Positions 9,634-19,643 of a stretch of DNA of 58,664 bases are shown in pieces. The stretch spans positions 1 through 58,664 of the IMG/VR virus record IMGVR_UViG_3300049725_000037; one strand, written 5' to 3'. How positions within the stretch are numbered: the stretch's first letter is position 1; every line of letters starts with the position of its first letter. Under the pieces are notes generated by a model. It had not been told where the DNA came from. It searched no databases and saw only the letters and a list, made by a program, of their open reading frames with translations. This DNA comes from a virus (taxonomy: Duplodnaviria > Caudoviricetes). The position numbers were made by a program, and so were the translations under genes.

Positions 9634-9728
9634 GGGAAGAATGGCGATGGAACTTTGGCGCGGATGTCCGCGGAGATCCGGCGAATCCGAGCTAACTCCC
9701 GGCGGATCAGGTTGGTGAGTCTTTTCAT
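9630..9728 (-). CDS. 32-aa basic peptide
   Basis: MKRLTNLIRRELARIRRISADIRAKVPSPFFP fills the gap exactly, with an ATGA overlap at 9630-9633. Confidence 0.45.
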   Translation of the reverse strand: MKRLTNLIRRELARIRRISADIRAKVPSPFFP

Positions 9729-9730
9729 AA

Positions 9731-12628
9731 TCAGGAAGTCACGGCTTTGATGACCGCGAAGTTGATGACGATTGCCCCGGTCTCGGCTGTCACTGCGTCG
9801 GCGTTGTAGACCGTGATATTGAACGAGCCGGCGGCCACGGTCGTGACCTCCACGATGGTTTTGACGTTCGTTGCCCCGCTGCGCTTGCAGACCACCACCA
9901 CGTCGCCGATTGCAACGGCAGAATCCGTGACGGTGAATGTGGCGGCTGCGAGTGCAGCAAGGCTCGTGGTGTCGGTCTGGATCTTGCCGCATGGCGTGTT
10001 GATCGTGACCCCGGTTGCACGCGTGGTGATCTGCGTCACCGTTGCCCCGGCCCCAGTCGCGTATCCGATTCCCCCGGTCGAGGATGTGCTCGTGACTGAT
10101 CCTGCGAAGGTTGCCGCCTGTGCGCTGCTCAGGACGAGCGCCTGCAACGAGTACGCAACCGCGTCGAGTTGGCCTGTTGCCGCCTCCCCGGTGTTGTCCG
10201 TTGAGACGTAGAGGAAATTCCCGTCAGAGCGGACGACGGTGTAAGTTGCACTCGTCGCGTCCACGGTGAACGTCGTTCCCGGTATCGCAATGTTCGGCGA
10301 AAAAGACGTGACCGTGAAACGCCATATTCCGCTTGCAGCAGTTCGAGCCGAATAAGCGAAGTTCGCGGAGGCGTTGTTTGTGCCAAAACTGATTGATCCG
10401 GTTGCCGTCGAAGAGGCAATTTGAAGCATCCCGCTGCTGCCGCCGTAAAGCTCGATAAAAGCCTTGTTGGCCGTATTGCTGGCGCCGAAGCCGGATTGGA
10501 AATCGCTACAATAGAGCGCGGCGAAAGTGGGCTTCGACGTAGAAATCAGGCCGGGATAGTCGGCTTGCGCCGAGCAGATTGAAAGCACGCCGGTTGTCGT
10601 GGTGTTCTTCACCGCTCCTGTGCCGAGGGCGCCAAGGAACTGCGGTCCGCTCAGGCCAGCGTCTGCCGTGCCCTGTACCACAAACTTGTTTGCGAACGCG
10701 ACCGCAGCCGATCCGTCTACACTGTTTCCCGCGAGATTGACCGCAGCCGCCCACTTCGCGGCTTTCCCCGTCGTGTCCTGGTTCCATGTCGGTGGGACTA
10801 CGGATGTCCAGTTGGTGCCGTCCGAGACCAGCAGGTGCCCAGACGCTCCGGGGACTGGGTGAAGTTCGGTCGAGGCAATCCAGTTGGTGCCATCGCTGAC
10901 AATGATCTTGCGGGCAGTCGCCGACGCCGCCGTTGGAAATGTCGGAACGCTCCAGACCGGGGCAGCCGTAGTTCCACCACTAACAAGGATCTGCCCCGCG
11001 TTGCCGTTTGCGAGCAACCCCGTTGCGTTCACTGCTGTCTGGTATGGGATCTGACCACCGAGACCACCCGCGATGTTCGTGGCCTTCGTGGCCGTTCCTG
11101 TCGTGTCTTGGTTCAACGTCGGCACGTCCGCTGCCGCAATGGTGCCCCACGCGACCGCCCCCGTCGTGATCGTCGCCGCAAGGAAGTTGCGTGCCGCAGG
11201 TGTGCCGCTCGCCGGAGCCGTGCCGGCTGTGCCCGAAGCGCAAGCTGCGATCACGAGGTGGCTGCCGCTTGTGCCCGAACCGCTAAGAGGTGCATCTGCC
11301 GTCACTGTTGCCAGAGCTCCCACATTCGCCGCCGTAGGAGTGGAGTACGCAAGCACCCCAGCCCCGTCATTGTGAAGCCACCCAGACGCATTTGCCAGTG
11401 ACCCCATGCTTGTTAAGTTGGCATACGCCGCCTGCTTCCCGCTCCATGTGGTTGCGCTGGAAATATAGGTGTCACCTATCGCTGTTCCGTGCCATACTCC
11501 AGTTACTATCGTCCCCAAAGTGGTGATGTTCGACGTTCCCACCCACGTCGAAAGAGCAGTATTCTCGACGGCGCTTAGACCCACGTCGGTCTTCGATGGC
11601 GTGCTCCACGCATAGACCCCTCCTCCCGTGCTGTGATACCAGCCAGCCGCGTCTGCCAGAGCGGACAGACCCGCCAGCTTCGCGTTGTACGCTTGCACGT
11701 TGGTCCCGATGACCAGCCCAAGGGTCGTTGGAGTCACCGCAGCAGCAGCACCAGCCACGTCTGCCCCGACATCAGAATACGTCGGCGTTGAGTACGCCAG
11801 TGTCCCGGCATTATTGTGCAACCATCCCGTTGTGACGGTCGAAAGGTTCCCAAGGGTCGTTAGGATCGTGAACGCAGCCTGACGAGCCGCAGCCGCACCG
11901 GAAGCATCTGCCCCCACGTCACTGTAGGTCAGATTGCGGTCAGATGATAGATCAATGACACTCGTTATCTTGCGTGACGATGGAACACCACCAAGACCTG
12001 AAAGTGTGATCGCTGCTGCCGCACCGGCCACGTCGGCACCAACGTCTGAGTAGGTGTAGCTAGGCTTCGTGGCAGCTTTGGCCCAGGCGTATACGTCTGA
12101 GGCCACCCGCGAGTCTGACAGGCGTGCATCGTTGCCAACACAGGCTGTTGAACCGCTTGTACCAAATCCAGGAAATGAAACAGTTGAGGCCGGAGCCGCT
12201 CCGACTTGTGAATAAGTGGGCCATCCAATAGACCATGCACCGGTCGCCGTATCCTGAAGGCACCCAGCCGCGTCCGCCAAGTTCGCCAGCTTCAAAAGCA
12301 TGCCACCGACAGAGATCGTTCCCGATGTGGTAATCGGTCCGCCTGTGAGGCCCGTGCCGGTGGCAACACTCGTGACCGACCCTACTCCGCTGCCGACAGC
12401 AATCCCATTCCAGTAGAGCGCCCCGCCAATCTGGTAGAGCTTTCCACCCGTAGATGCCGGCGTGTAATTGCTCAAAACGACGTCCTGAAAAGTGATCGGC
12501 TTGTCGTCATTAACCATGAATGGCGCCGTCAGCACCCCGCCGGACTTCTGGATATTCGTCGGGATCGCGGTCTGCGCGTTCGCCGCAACAGAGCAAAGAA
12601 GAAAGGCTATCAGTCGAATGAGTCTCAT
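9731..12628 (-). CDS. Tail fibre / receptor-binding protein
   Basis: 965 aa, Ala/Thr/Gly-rich; GSVTSVATGTGLTGGPITTSGTIS, YSDVGAD repeats, C-terminal GATVTQITTRATGVTINTPCGKI...AIVINFAVIK. Confidence 0.8.
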   Translation of the reverse strand: MRLIRLIAFLLCSVAANAQTAIPTNIQKSGGVLTAPFMVNDDKPITFQDVVLSNYTPASTGGKLYQIGGALYWNGIAVGSGVGSVTSVATGTGLTGGPITTSGTISVGGMLLKLANLADAAGCLQDTATGAWSIGWPTYSQVGAAPASTVSFPGFGTSGSTACVGNDARLSDSRVASDVYAWAKAATKPSYTYSDVGADVAGAAAAITLSGLGGVPSSRKITSVIDLSSDRNLTYSDVGADASGAAAARQAAFTILTTLGNLSTVTTGWLHNNAGTLAYSTPTYSDVGADVAGAAAAVTPTTLGLVIGTNVQAYNAKLAGLSALADAAGWYHSTGGGVYAWSTPSKTDVGLSAVENTALSTWVGTSNITTLGTIVTGVWHGTAIGDTYISSATTWSGKQAAYANLTSMGSLANASGWLHNDGAGVLAYSTPTAANVGALATVTADAPLSGSGTSGSHLVIAACASGTAGTAPASGTPAARNFLAATITTGAVAWGTIAAADVPTLNQDTTGTATKATNIAGGLGGQIPYQTAVNATGLLANGNAGQILVSGGTTAAPVWSVPTFPTAASATARKIIVSDGTNWIASTELHPVPGASGHLLVSDGTNWTSVVPPTWNQDTTGKAAKWAAAVNLAGNSVDGSAAVAFANKFVVQGTADAGLSGPQFLGALGTGAVKNTTTTGVLSICSAQADYPGLISTSKPTFAALYCSDFQSGFGASNTANKAFIELYGGSSGMLQIASSTATGSISFGTNNASANFAYSARTAASGIWRFTVTSFSPNIAIPGTTFTVDATSATYTVVRSDGNFLYVSTDNTGEAATGQLDAVAYSLQALVLSSAQAATFAGSVTSTSSTGGIGYATGAGATVTQITTRATGVTINTPCGKIQTDTTSLAALAAATFTVTDSAVAIGDVVVVCKRSGATNVKTIVEVTTVAAGSFNITVYNADAVTAETGAIVINFAVIKAVTS

Positions 12629-13140
12629 CGGAATAGGAGTATGGTTTTCAACCAGATACTTTCCCAGAATAAATGCTCAACGTGGGAGTTCTGAATCTTT
12701 GGCTTGTCGGCATTCCCAAGCAGGATACGAACCGGCCGCCCATCGCTTCGACAGACATTTGCCAGCGTGGTCTCCCTCACACGGGCTCCGCCGCGATTCC
12801 CAATCACGATGTCATACTTCTTCCCTGGCCGGGTGATGGTGATGCCGATGAGGGTCACCCTTGATCCTTGAATCCGGATCGCGCCCTTCCGACCAGACTC
12901 GACGTGAATGTTGTGGGCGTGGCAGGCGTTGGTATCGGCATCAAAGTTCAGCCCGTAACCGGTGTTTTTCCCGCCACCGGCGAGCACCACGGATTCGATC
13001 CACGCGCCACACGCCTTCGAGACGTGCAGAATGTCCGTGAAATCGCTTGCGGCCAACCGGTTGTTCCGAGGGTCGATAGTCTCACCGATCAGCCGATGCG
13101 CGTCGGTTTCCGTGTGGATGATCTTGAATGCCCGTTTCAT
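12625..13140 (-). CDS. Hypothetical protein, beta-helix-like
   Basis: ATG at 13140 within ORF 12625..13260; repeated short beta-strand pattern; ATGA overlap with the fibre gene. Confidence 0.6.
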   Translation of the reverse strand: MKRAFKIIHTETDAHRLIGETIDPRNNRLAASDFTDILHVSKACGAWIESVVLAGGGKNTGYGLNFDADTNACHAHNIHVESGRKGAIRIQGSRVTLIGITITRPGKKYDIVIGNRGGARVRETTLANVCRSDGRPVRILLGNADKPKIQNSHVEHLFWESIWLKTILLFR

Positions 13141-13141
13141 G

Positions 13142-13495
13142 TCAGGCCGGGATCTGCGCCCGAAGGTAGTGCCATGTCCCGTTCTCAGAATAGAACTCGA
13201 TCGCCGCGGAGTTGCCGGAGCCATCGGTGAGAACGGACGTGATGATCGCGCCGCCGGCACTGCCGTTGCGGAAGACGATGTTGATGTCGGGCGTTGTTGG
13301 CAGAAGCAGAAGGACGGTCAGCCTCCAGTCGGTGCCGATGCCCGCCGTCGAGAGGATGATGTTTCGCGTGCCGGCCACCCCCGTTATCGTCAGAGTCACG
13401 CGAGAGAGCGGACTCGTGAGAACAATCGAGCCGTCTCCCCCGCTGTTGGCGGACGAGATCCCCGAGATCGGGTTTGCGGGCCAGACTGGTCTCAT
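13142..13495 (-). CDS. Hypothetical beta-rich virion protein
   Basis: 117 aa, packed in the late operon. Confidence 0.65.
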   Translation of the reverse strand: MRPVWPANPISGISSANSGGDGSIVLTSPLSRVTLTITGVAGTRNIILSTAGIGTDWRLTVLLLLPTTPDINIVFRNGSAGGAIITSVLTDGSGNSAAIEFYSENGTWHYLRAQIPA

Positions 13496-13513
13496 GGGTC
13501 ATTGCCGGGTTGC

Positions 13514-13810
13514 CTATACCTGCTGAAGGAAGTTTCCGTTCTGCCAGAAACCCCTGACACTGACGGAGACGCTGAGATGGTCGGCAGGTCGGACCTCGAC
13601 CTCGTTTGTGTTCCCGATGCAATCGAACGGGATGGACGCCCCCGTCGCGATCGTGAGGTAATCGGTGGCGCCGACACGGCGGACGTCGAGCGCCTGCGGT
13701 GCGTTCACGATCTGCATGCTGGTGGCCGGCTTGTCCCCAAAGGAGGTGAATTTGCCCCCATCCGACGCATCGGTCGTGAGTTTGAATGTGCTCCAAGGTG
13801 AATCTGTCAT
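13514..13810 (-). CDS. Hypothetical beta-rich virion protein
   Basis: 98 aa, packed in the late operon. Confidence 0.65.
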   Translation of the reverse strand: MTDSPWSTFKLTTDASDGGKFTSFGDKPATSMQIVNAPQALDVRRVGATDYLTIATGASIPFDCIGNTNEVEVRPADHLSVSVSVRGFWQNGNFLQQV

Positions 13811-13815
13811 GGCTG

Positions 13816-14100
13816 TTATCCTTGTTTGTTCCTGATACCTGACTTGTCGATCATGTGCTGGAAACGGGTTCTGTTCATCGCTAGCAGTTTCTCTGGGGAG
13901 AGTTCCATGTAGACGGCGCGGGAACGGCGCAGCGCGTTCGCCTCTTCATCCGGCGTATTCCCGTTGAGGATCAACGCCTCGATCTTGCGCATTTCCTCCG
14001 CGTGCCGTTCGCAAACAGCCTTCCATGCCGGCTGGTCGGCGAGCTCCCCGCATTTGGAAAGCAGCGTGTCGGCTTCCTGCCCTGTGAGTTCCTGCTTCAT
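13816..14100 (-). CDS. Small helical protein downstream of portal
   Basis: 94 aa; ATGA overlap with the portal stop. Confidence 0.7.
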   Translation of the reverse strand: MKQELTGQEADTLLSKCGELADQPAWKAVCERHAEEMRKIEALILNGNTPDEEANALRRSRAVYMELSPEKLLAMNRTRFQHMIDKSGIRNKQG

Positions 14101-16118
14101 GGCGCGGCGGTGACCGGCCCGGCGGCTGGCGGAGGTTCACCTGGCACGGGAGGGACCCCTGGTGCCGGCGGCTGACCGGGCGCACCCATGGGATCGGGCG
14201 GCAGCTCTGGTAATTGTGGTAGGGGGAGCAGTTCGTCGGTGTTCTTGAACCCCAACTCCTCAAGCAATTCGACACAGAGAGCACGGCGCATTGGCATCAG
14301 CTGCGGGGGGGTCTCCATGTATTTATCCTGGACCTCAAGGGCCTGTTTGATCGCCGCGGCCCGTTCCGCGCTGTATTGCTGGCTCAGGACGAGTTCGACG
14401 TTGATCTCGACGTTCCGGATCTGGTCCGCCGTCATCTTGGCGATGAGCCGGAGGTTGTTCGCCGTGAACTGGTATTCCTCCTCCGACCCGGGCTCGACGG
14501 TCGCCATCGCCAGCTGGACGAGCTTCAAAAGATGCTCCTCCATGGCTGTGATCACCCGGCGGATCCATCGGCGGGTCAGCTTGGAAGACTCGTGCAAGGT
14601 CGCCCGGACGCCTTCCGCCGTGTTGCTATCCGGCTGCTGCGAGTAATCCCCCTGGCCGATGTTCGAGATTCCGAGCCAGAGCTGTACGAGATACAGGAGG
14701 TATTCGAGCAGCTTTTGCGTGCGCTCATCCGTGTCCGGGATCTTCGCGTACTGGATCAGGTCGTTGATCGTCTTGCCGGCCCGCGTGCGATAGAACATCG
14801 TTGGGTCAAACTCGATGTTCTCCGGCTCCTCCTCGACGGCCTGCGGGTCGCCGCCCTTCGGGGGATTGGCAACCTGCAGCTGCCGATAAAACTGCCCGTT
14901 CCATAACCGGTCAATCGACTGCTGAATGTCGTGAACCAGCTCGGGAATCGAATAGCCCCACCACCGCTGCTTGCCCTTCGCGACTGCGATCGTGGTGTAC
15001 GGCCGGTTGCCGTCGTAGCAGACGTTCGATTGGAACTCGTACCAGACCAGCCGCCTCTTCTCCTCTTCGTAATAGACAACGATCTCCTGCGGTTCACCCC
15101 ACCCAAGAATATCGCGACGGAGCCAGCACTCGATCACCTTGCGCTTCGGGTTCTTGTTGTCGAAGCTGAGCGCCTCGTTCGACATTTCCTTGCGGTCGCC
15201 CTCTGTCTTCGCCGCCGCGTCCCCCTGGCTGTATTCCGCGGCCAAGGCCTCCCATTTGAGCCATTCACGGTCGAGCCATGTCTTCTTGAACCAGAAGAAA
15301 TCCCGGTCCTGAAGCTCCATGACGCAATCCGCCTCGTCAAACGAGCGGGCATCGCTCGGCGCCAGGATGCGGTCATAGTCGATCAACTCGGAGCGTGGGC
15401 CGCGGTAGATGACATCGCGACGGCGCAGGCCGTCTTTCGTCGGCCGGAACTCATGCTTCGCCGGATCCACCACAAAGGTCTTGTCGCGGTCCAGGTGCAG
15501 GCGGGTCGGGAAACTTCCGTCGGGCCGCGGTTCGCCGGCGGGATCCTGTATCTCAGTCAGGGCATCCTCGTTTTCGATGATCGGCTTGCCTGAGATCATC
15601 ACCGGTTCATTCGTCCCCTTGTCGTGCAAAATCTGGCTTTTCCGATCCACCCAGACCTTCGTGTCGTTCGCCATCACCGACTTGAGTATGCAGGCCCGCT
15701 GAACGAAAATCGCCATTTGCGCGTCTTGCAGGTTGCGGCGGACCTTTCCCTTCACGTCCAGCTTCCAGTTGTAGTAGGCGTTGTATTGGGTCGCCAGCTC
15801 CACGGTTGCGGCGCCGACCGGTTCAAAGTGGAAATAGGGGGACTCAGCCGTCGTCTCGTCCTCTGTCTTGCTGACGAAATACTGCACCACCATCGGGATG
15901 ATGGGCAGGAAGACATTCGACAGATTGAAGATCGACTTGGCCGTCGCCTCCCGGTCCTTGATGTTGTTCTCGACCGGCTCGGATTCCTTCCATGCCCGGC
16001 GGTCCCGCAGGATCCGCTCATTGTTGTCCTGGACGAGCGAAGTCTTTCGCTGCTCCAGGTAGGTCAGAAGTTCATTCTCCTGGTCCTGCGTCATTACCAA
16101 ATTGGAGAACATTGGCAT
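14097..16118 (-). CDS. Portal protein
   Basis: 673 aa; 'PYTTIAV...WWGYSIPELVHDIQQSIDRLWN', 'LGISNIGQG', 'SNTAEGV' and a Pro-rich tail match podovirus-type portals. Confidence 0.85.
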   Translation of the reverse strand: MPMFSNLVMTQDQENELLTYLEQRKTSLVQDNNERILRDRRAWKESEPVENNIKDREATAKSIFNLSNVFLPIIPMVVQYFVSKTEDETTAESPYFHFEPVGAATVELATQYNAYYNWKLDVKGKVRRNLQDAQMAIFVQRACILKSVMANDTKVWVDRKSQILHDKGTNEPVMISGKPIIENEDALTEIQDPAGEPRPDGSFPTRLHLDRDKTFVVDPAKHEFRPTKDGLRRRDVIYRGPRSELIDYDRILAPSDARSFDEADCVMELQDRDFFWFKKTWLDREWLKWEALAAEYSQGDAAAKTEGDRKEMSNEALSFDNKNPKRKVIECWLRRDILGWGEPQEIVVYYEEEKRRLVWYEFQSNVCYDGNRPYTTIAVAKGKQRWWGYSIPELVHDIQQSIDRLWNGQFYRQLQVANPPKGGDPQAVEEEPENIEFDPTMFYRTRAGKTINDLIQYAKIPDTDERTQKLLEYLLYLVQLWLGISNIGQGDYSQQPDSNTAEGVRATLHESSKLTRRWIRRVITAMEEHLLKLVQLAMATVEPGSEEEYQFTANNLRLIAKMTADQIRNVEINVELVLSQQYSAERAAAIKQALEVQDKYMETPPQLMPMRRALCVELLEELGFKNTDELLPLPQLPELPPDPMGAPGQPPAPGVPPVPGEPPPAAGPVTAAP

Positions 16119-16155
16119 CGTCGGAGGTGTGAAAGGGTTTCAGTGAAAATGCAAG

Positions 16156-19100
16156 TTACGGGTTAAACGGGTTGAAGAAGGACCGTTTCGCTTTCGGCTG
16201 ATGCCGGGCGATCGCCTGGATGACATCAACGGCGTTCTGGGACTCTTCGGCGGTGACGGCCTCCACTTCCTTCGCGAACTCCTCCGGCGTCATGCCGCGC
16301 AGTGAATCGATCTCGCCTGTCAGCTTGGTGTGAATAGCCTGCCCGCTGATCCGGTTGTACTCGTTGCGCTCGTGCGGGGTCATCTCCCGGCCGCCCGGCT
16401 CGGCGTCGGTGTAGATCTTCGTGCGCTCGTGCGGATCCCCGACCGCCACCTTGTTCTTAATCAGCAGCAGGCGCAGCGGATCGTTCGTCATGGTCTTAGT
16501 GAACCGGTCGAGAGGGCTGGATTGAGCTTCCTCGCCAAGGCGCTCGAATTTTGGTTCCCCGAGACGGCGGACACCCGGGACCTGTGAGAGAGCCGGCGCG
16601 CCGGCCGGGGGGAGACGCACAGGCGACGGATCGGTCAGCCGGTCAAGGAAGCTGAGGAATGAGCTGCCAATCGGGGTGTAGGGCTCGGCGCCGAGAATGA
16701 CACGGGCCAGGAACGCCTCTGCCGCCTGTGGATTGGTCCCGGTCTTGATATGCTCCAGCAACCCGCTGAACGTGGATAGGGTTGGAAGGTTGAAGATCGA
16801 TGTCGGCGCGTTCACAATCGCTGCCGAGATCCTCGACATAATCGCACTATCGTCTGTCTTCCGGTATCGAAGATCGTCGAGCAGCATGCCCGCGATGCCG
16901 AGGTGAACGACAAGCGGGCTGTGCCCGAAGAAGTGGTAGTTGTTCCCGGCACCGATCTTTATAGACCACGGCATGATGCCAGCAGTGCGCAATTGGTCAC
17001 GCAGATGCGGGCTCCGTGGTCCTGGTCCTGTGATGTCGAACCAGCGTTTCTTGGGGTCGTCATCCTGATTCAGCGCCGCCGCGACAACAGCGCCGAGCAT
17101 CATCGATCCTGCGACCGCAGCGAAGAACTTCCGATGCTGTTCCTCGGATGAATACTGCCGGTATTTGCCAGTGCCGGGAATCCGCGTGCGCCCGCTGGCG
17201 GCCGATGCAAACCCGATGGGAGACCAATCCATGCCCACGTTTGTCAGGTTTGTCATCACGTTCGTAAACATGAAGAACGGCTTCAGAACAGGTACTCCCT
17301 GAATCTTGGCTTCGCCGACCGCCTTCTGGAGGTGGTAGTTAATGATCCCCGCGATCCCCTCCGGCTTGTTGATCATCGCAACCGAGAGGGCAAAGCGTGT
17401 CGCTCCTTCCGCCACCGCCGCGCCGGCGGGACCGAGCGCCGCAAGATTCCGGTCGCGCTTCTGCATAAGGATTTGATGAACCCGCGCACTCAAATCCAAG
17501 TCCTTCCAGCCCTCGGATTCCGCCTGTGCCTTCGCGTCCGTGAAGTCCGATGGCGACATTGCCAGGGTTTCCCGGACCTGCTTCGCCAACTGCGGGCCGC
17601 GGTATTCTGCACGCAACAACCGGTCCACCATCACGGCCTCGTAAACATCATGCGCGGAATGGAAAAAGGCGGTGTGGGCCGCACGCATCACGCGACCGAC
17701 GTGCTTGAAAATATCGGCGTTCAGGTCGATGAGTCCCTTGAGCGGAACCCACTTTGGGAATACCTGGGCTGCCCGAACTTTCCCAAGGATGCTTGGAATG
17801 ATCTGCGCGTCCTCAGTCAGGTCGCGCAATCCCTCCCCTGTCTTCAGGATCATCCTCGCGTCCGTCAAGGCCCTCGGGAAAGTTTCGAGCCACGTCCGGA
17901 CCGCCATGGGCGCCGCCGTCGGATTGGTGCCCAGTAGCGACCCCAGAGACATGAGATTGCTGACGGTGTTGCCCGTGAGCACGACACCCCAGGTGCCCGG
18001 CCCGCTCAGCCATTTCGCCGCCATCATCGAGACCATGAAGTCCACCGGTGACACGCCGCGGGCAAGTCTCAACGTCTTCGCCAGCTCGATCTGCGCCCGT
18101 GCCTTCATCATCTCGTTGGGCGCGGTCTCGACCTCACCGGCCAGCCGGCCAACCTCCTTCATCTGTTCTGGCGTGACCTGCGGCAGTTTGAGTTCCTTCG
18201 CCACAACGTCGCGCATGTCAGCCTGATCCATCGCCCCGTAGTTTGAAAGGCGGATGGCTTTCTGAACCGCTGTCAGTGCCTTCCTCGCCGGCGCCGTGGC
18301 GGTCGCCCTGTTCTTGAGCCGCTCTAGGGCCTTCTGCTTCGCGTCCTTCGTCAGGGCGGTCATGCTTTTCTCCAGATCGTCAGCGACTTGCGCGGCGTCC
18401 GCAATGCTCATCCCGCCGTCGTGGACAAAGGCATCCGCCAGACTCCGGTTGATCCGGTTCGCGTTCGTCCAGTGTTCCTTCGCGATCTCAACAACCGACG
18501 TGCCCATCTGCTCGTGAAGCTCGTGCCCAACCTTGTCGAGCAACCGCTTGCTGTACGGGCGCAGGCCAAGATTTCCGAGCGCCTCGTCGATCGCGTCGAC
18601 AGCCTCCGGCGCGGCGTTCTTCGCGAAGTCATCCCGCATGGTTTTCACCACGTCGGCATACTTCTCCTTGTTCGCCATGGCCTCGCGAAGCACGTCAGAC
18701 GCGGACGGCGGAGGGGTTCCGGGAGGCTTCTCGCCAACGATACCCTGCTCCTTCATCCGGTCCTTGATCGTTTGCACAACCCGGCTCGTGAACTCCTGCA
18801 CAGGCGCTTTGTCGGCCGGCGGCTTCGACTGGTTATCGATCCAGTCAAAGATCCGGTTCGCCGCATCCTCCCGGTATTTCTGCCAAAGGGGTTTACCCAC
18901 CCGAACCTTGCGCAACGCCTGGTTGAGATTCTTCGTCGCCTCGTCGACCGCCTTCTCATCGACCGACTTCATCGCGTCTCCCGCCTCCTTCAGCGTGTCG
19001 GTATACGCCCCCGTCCCGCCCATCTGCGCGTCCTGGTTGGTGTTTGTCTGGCGGGTGAGCACGTCCCGGGCACCGGCCTTCGTGCCGAGGAACTGCTGGT

Positions 19101-19641
19101 TCATTGAGGTCGTCTGCCCCATCTCGGTCAGCTCGGGATTGCGATTGGTGGAAAGCCTCTGCATCTCCCGTTGGAGTTTCGCCCGCTCAACCCCCTGCGC
19201 AGAATCGTACTGGTCGTTGAGCCTCTTTTGAAGCTGCACGTAGATCGCCTGACGGAAGACCTGATCGACGCCGTTGTCCTTCGGATCCAGCACCAGTTGC
19301 GCGGCATGCTCCGTGCCGACGGTGTTGATGATCTCGTCTGCAGTCTCGATGTCCGGCTTCTGCCCGCGCCGCTTGAAAGTCTGCCGGGCAACCTCAATGT
19401 CGGCCATGCGCTCGGTCTCCGGTCCCCTCCGGTAGAAGTGCCCTGGTTTCCCCTCAACAGGTTCGTTGCCCTTTGGCCGCCCGGTCTCCGTGGATGGCCT
19501 GGCATCGAACATCCGCTGCGCCTGCTCGACCGTGGGGATGTCCTGCGCCCGGTCGAACGCCAGAAATGCCTTGGCCTCGCCGACCGCGTCGACGAGCTTC
19601 TTCCAATCCGCATGATGAATGTTGGGGCAGATGATCGCCAT
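16156..19641 (-). CDS. Large probable internal virion/ejection protein (1161 aa)
   Basis: ATG at 19641 (MAIICPN...) follows the upstream stop; mostly helical with hydrophobic C-terminal segments. Confidence 0.75.
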   Translation of the reverse strand: MAIICPNIHHADWKKLVDAVGEAKAFLAFDRAQDIPTVEQAQRMFDARPSTETGRPKGNEPVEGKPGHFYRRGPETERMADIEVARQTFKRRGQKPDIETADEIINTVGTEHAAQLVLDPKDNGVDQVFRQAIYVQLQKRLNDQYDSAQGVERAKLQREMQRLSTNRNPELTEMGQTTSMNQQFLGTKAGARDVLTRQTNTNQDAQMGGTGAYTDTLKEAGDAMKSVDEKAVDEATKNLNQALRKVRVGKPLWQKYREDAANRIFDWIDNQSKPPADKAPVQEFTSRVVQTIKDRMKEQGIVGEKPPGTPPPSASDVLREAMANKEKYADVVKTMRDDFAKNAAPEAVDAIDEALGNLGLRPYSKRLLDKVGHELHEQMGTSVVEIAKEHWTNANRINRSLADAFVHDGGMSIADAAQVADDLEKSMTALTKDAKQKALERLKNRATATAPARKALTAVQKAIRLSNYGAMDQADMRDVVAKELKLPQVTPEQMKEVGRLAGEVETAPNEMMKARAQIELAKTLRLARGVSPVDFMVSMMAAKWLSGPGTWGVVLTGNTVSNLMSLGSLLGTNPTAAPMAVRTWLETFPRALTDARMILKTGEGLRDLTEDAQIIPSILGKVRAAQVFPKWVPLKGLIDLNADIFKHVGRVMRAAHTAFFHSAHDVYEAVMVDRLLRAEYRGPQLAKQVRETLAMSPSDFTDAKAQAESEGWKDLDLSARVHQILMQKRDRNLAALGPAGAAVAEGATRFALSVAMINKPEGIAGIINYHLQKAVGEAKIQGVPVLKPFFMFTNVMTNLTNVGMDWSPIGFASAASGRTRIPGTGKYRQYSSEEQHRKFFAAVAGSMMLGAVVAAALNQDDDPKKRWFDITGPGPRSPHLRDQLRTAGIMPWSIKIGAGNNYHFFGHSPLVVHLGIAGMLLDDLRYRKTDDSAIMSRISAAIVNAPTSIFNLPTLSTFSGLLEHIKTGTNPQAAEAFLARVILGAEPYTPIGSSFLSFLDRLTDPSPVRLPPAGAPALSQVPGVRRLGEPKFERLGEEAQSSPLDRFTKTMTNDPLRLLLIKNKVAVGDPHERTKIYTDAEPGGREMTPHERNEYNRISGQAIHTKLTGEIDSLRGMTPEEFAKEVEAVTAEESQNAVDVIQAIARHQPKAKRSFFNPFNP

Positions 19642-19643
19642 GG

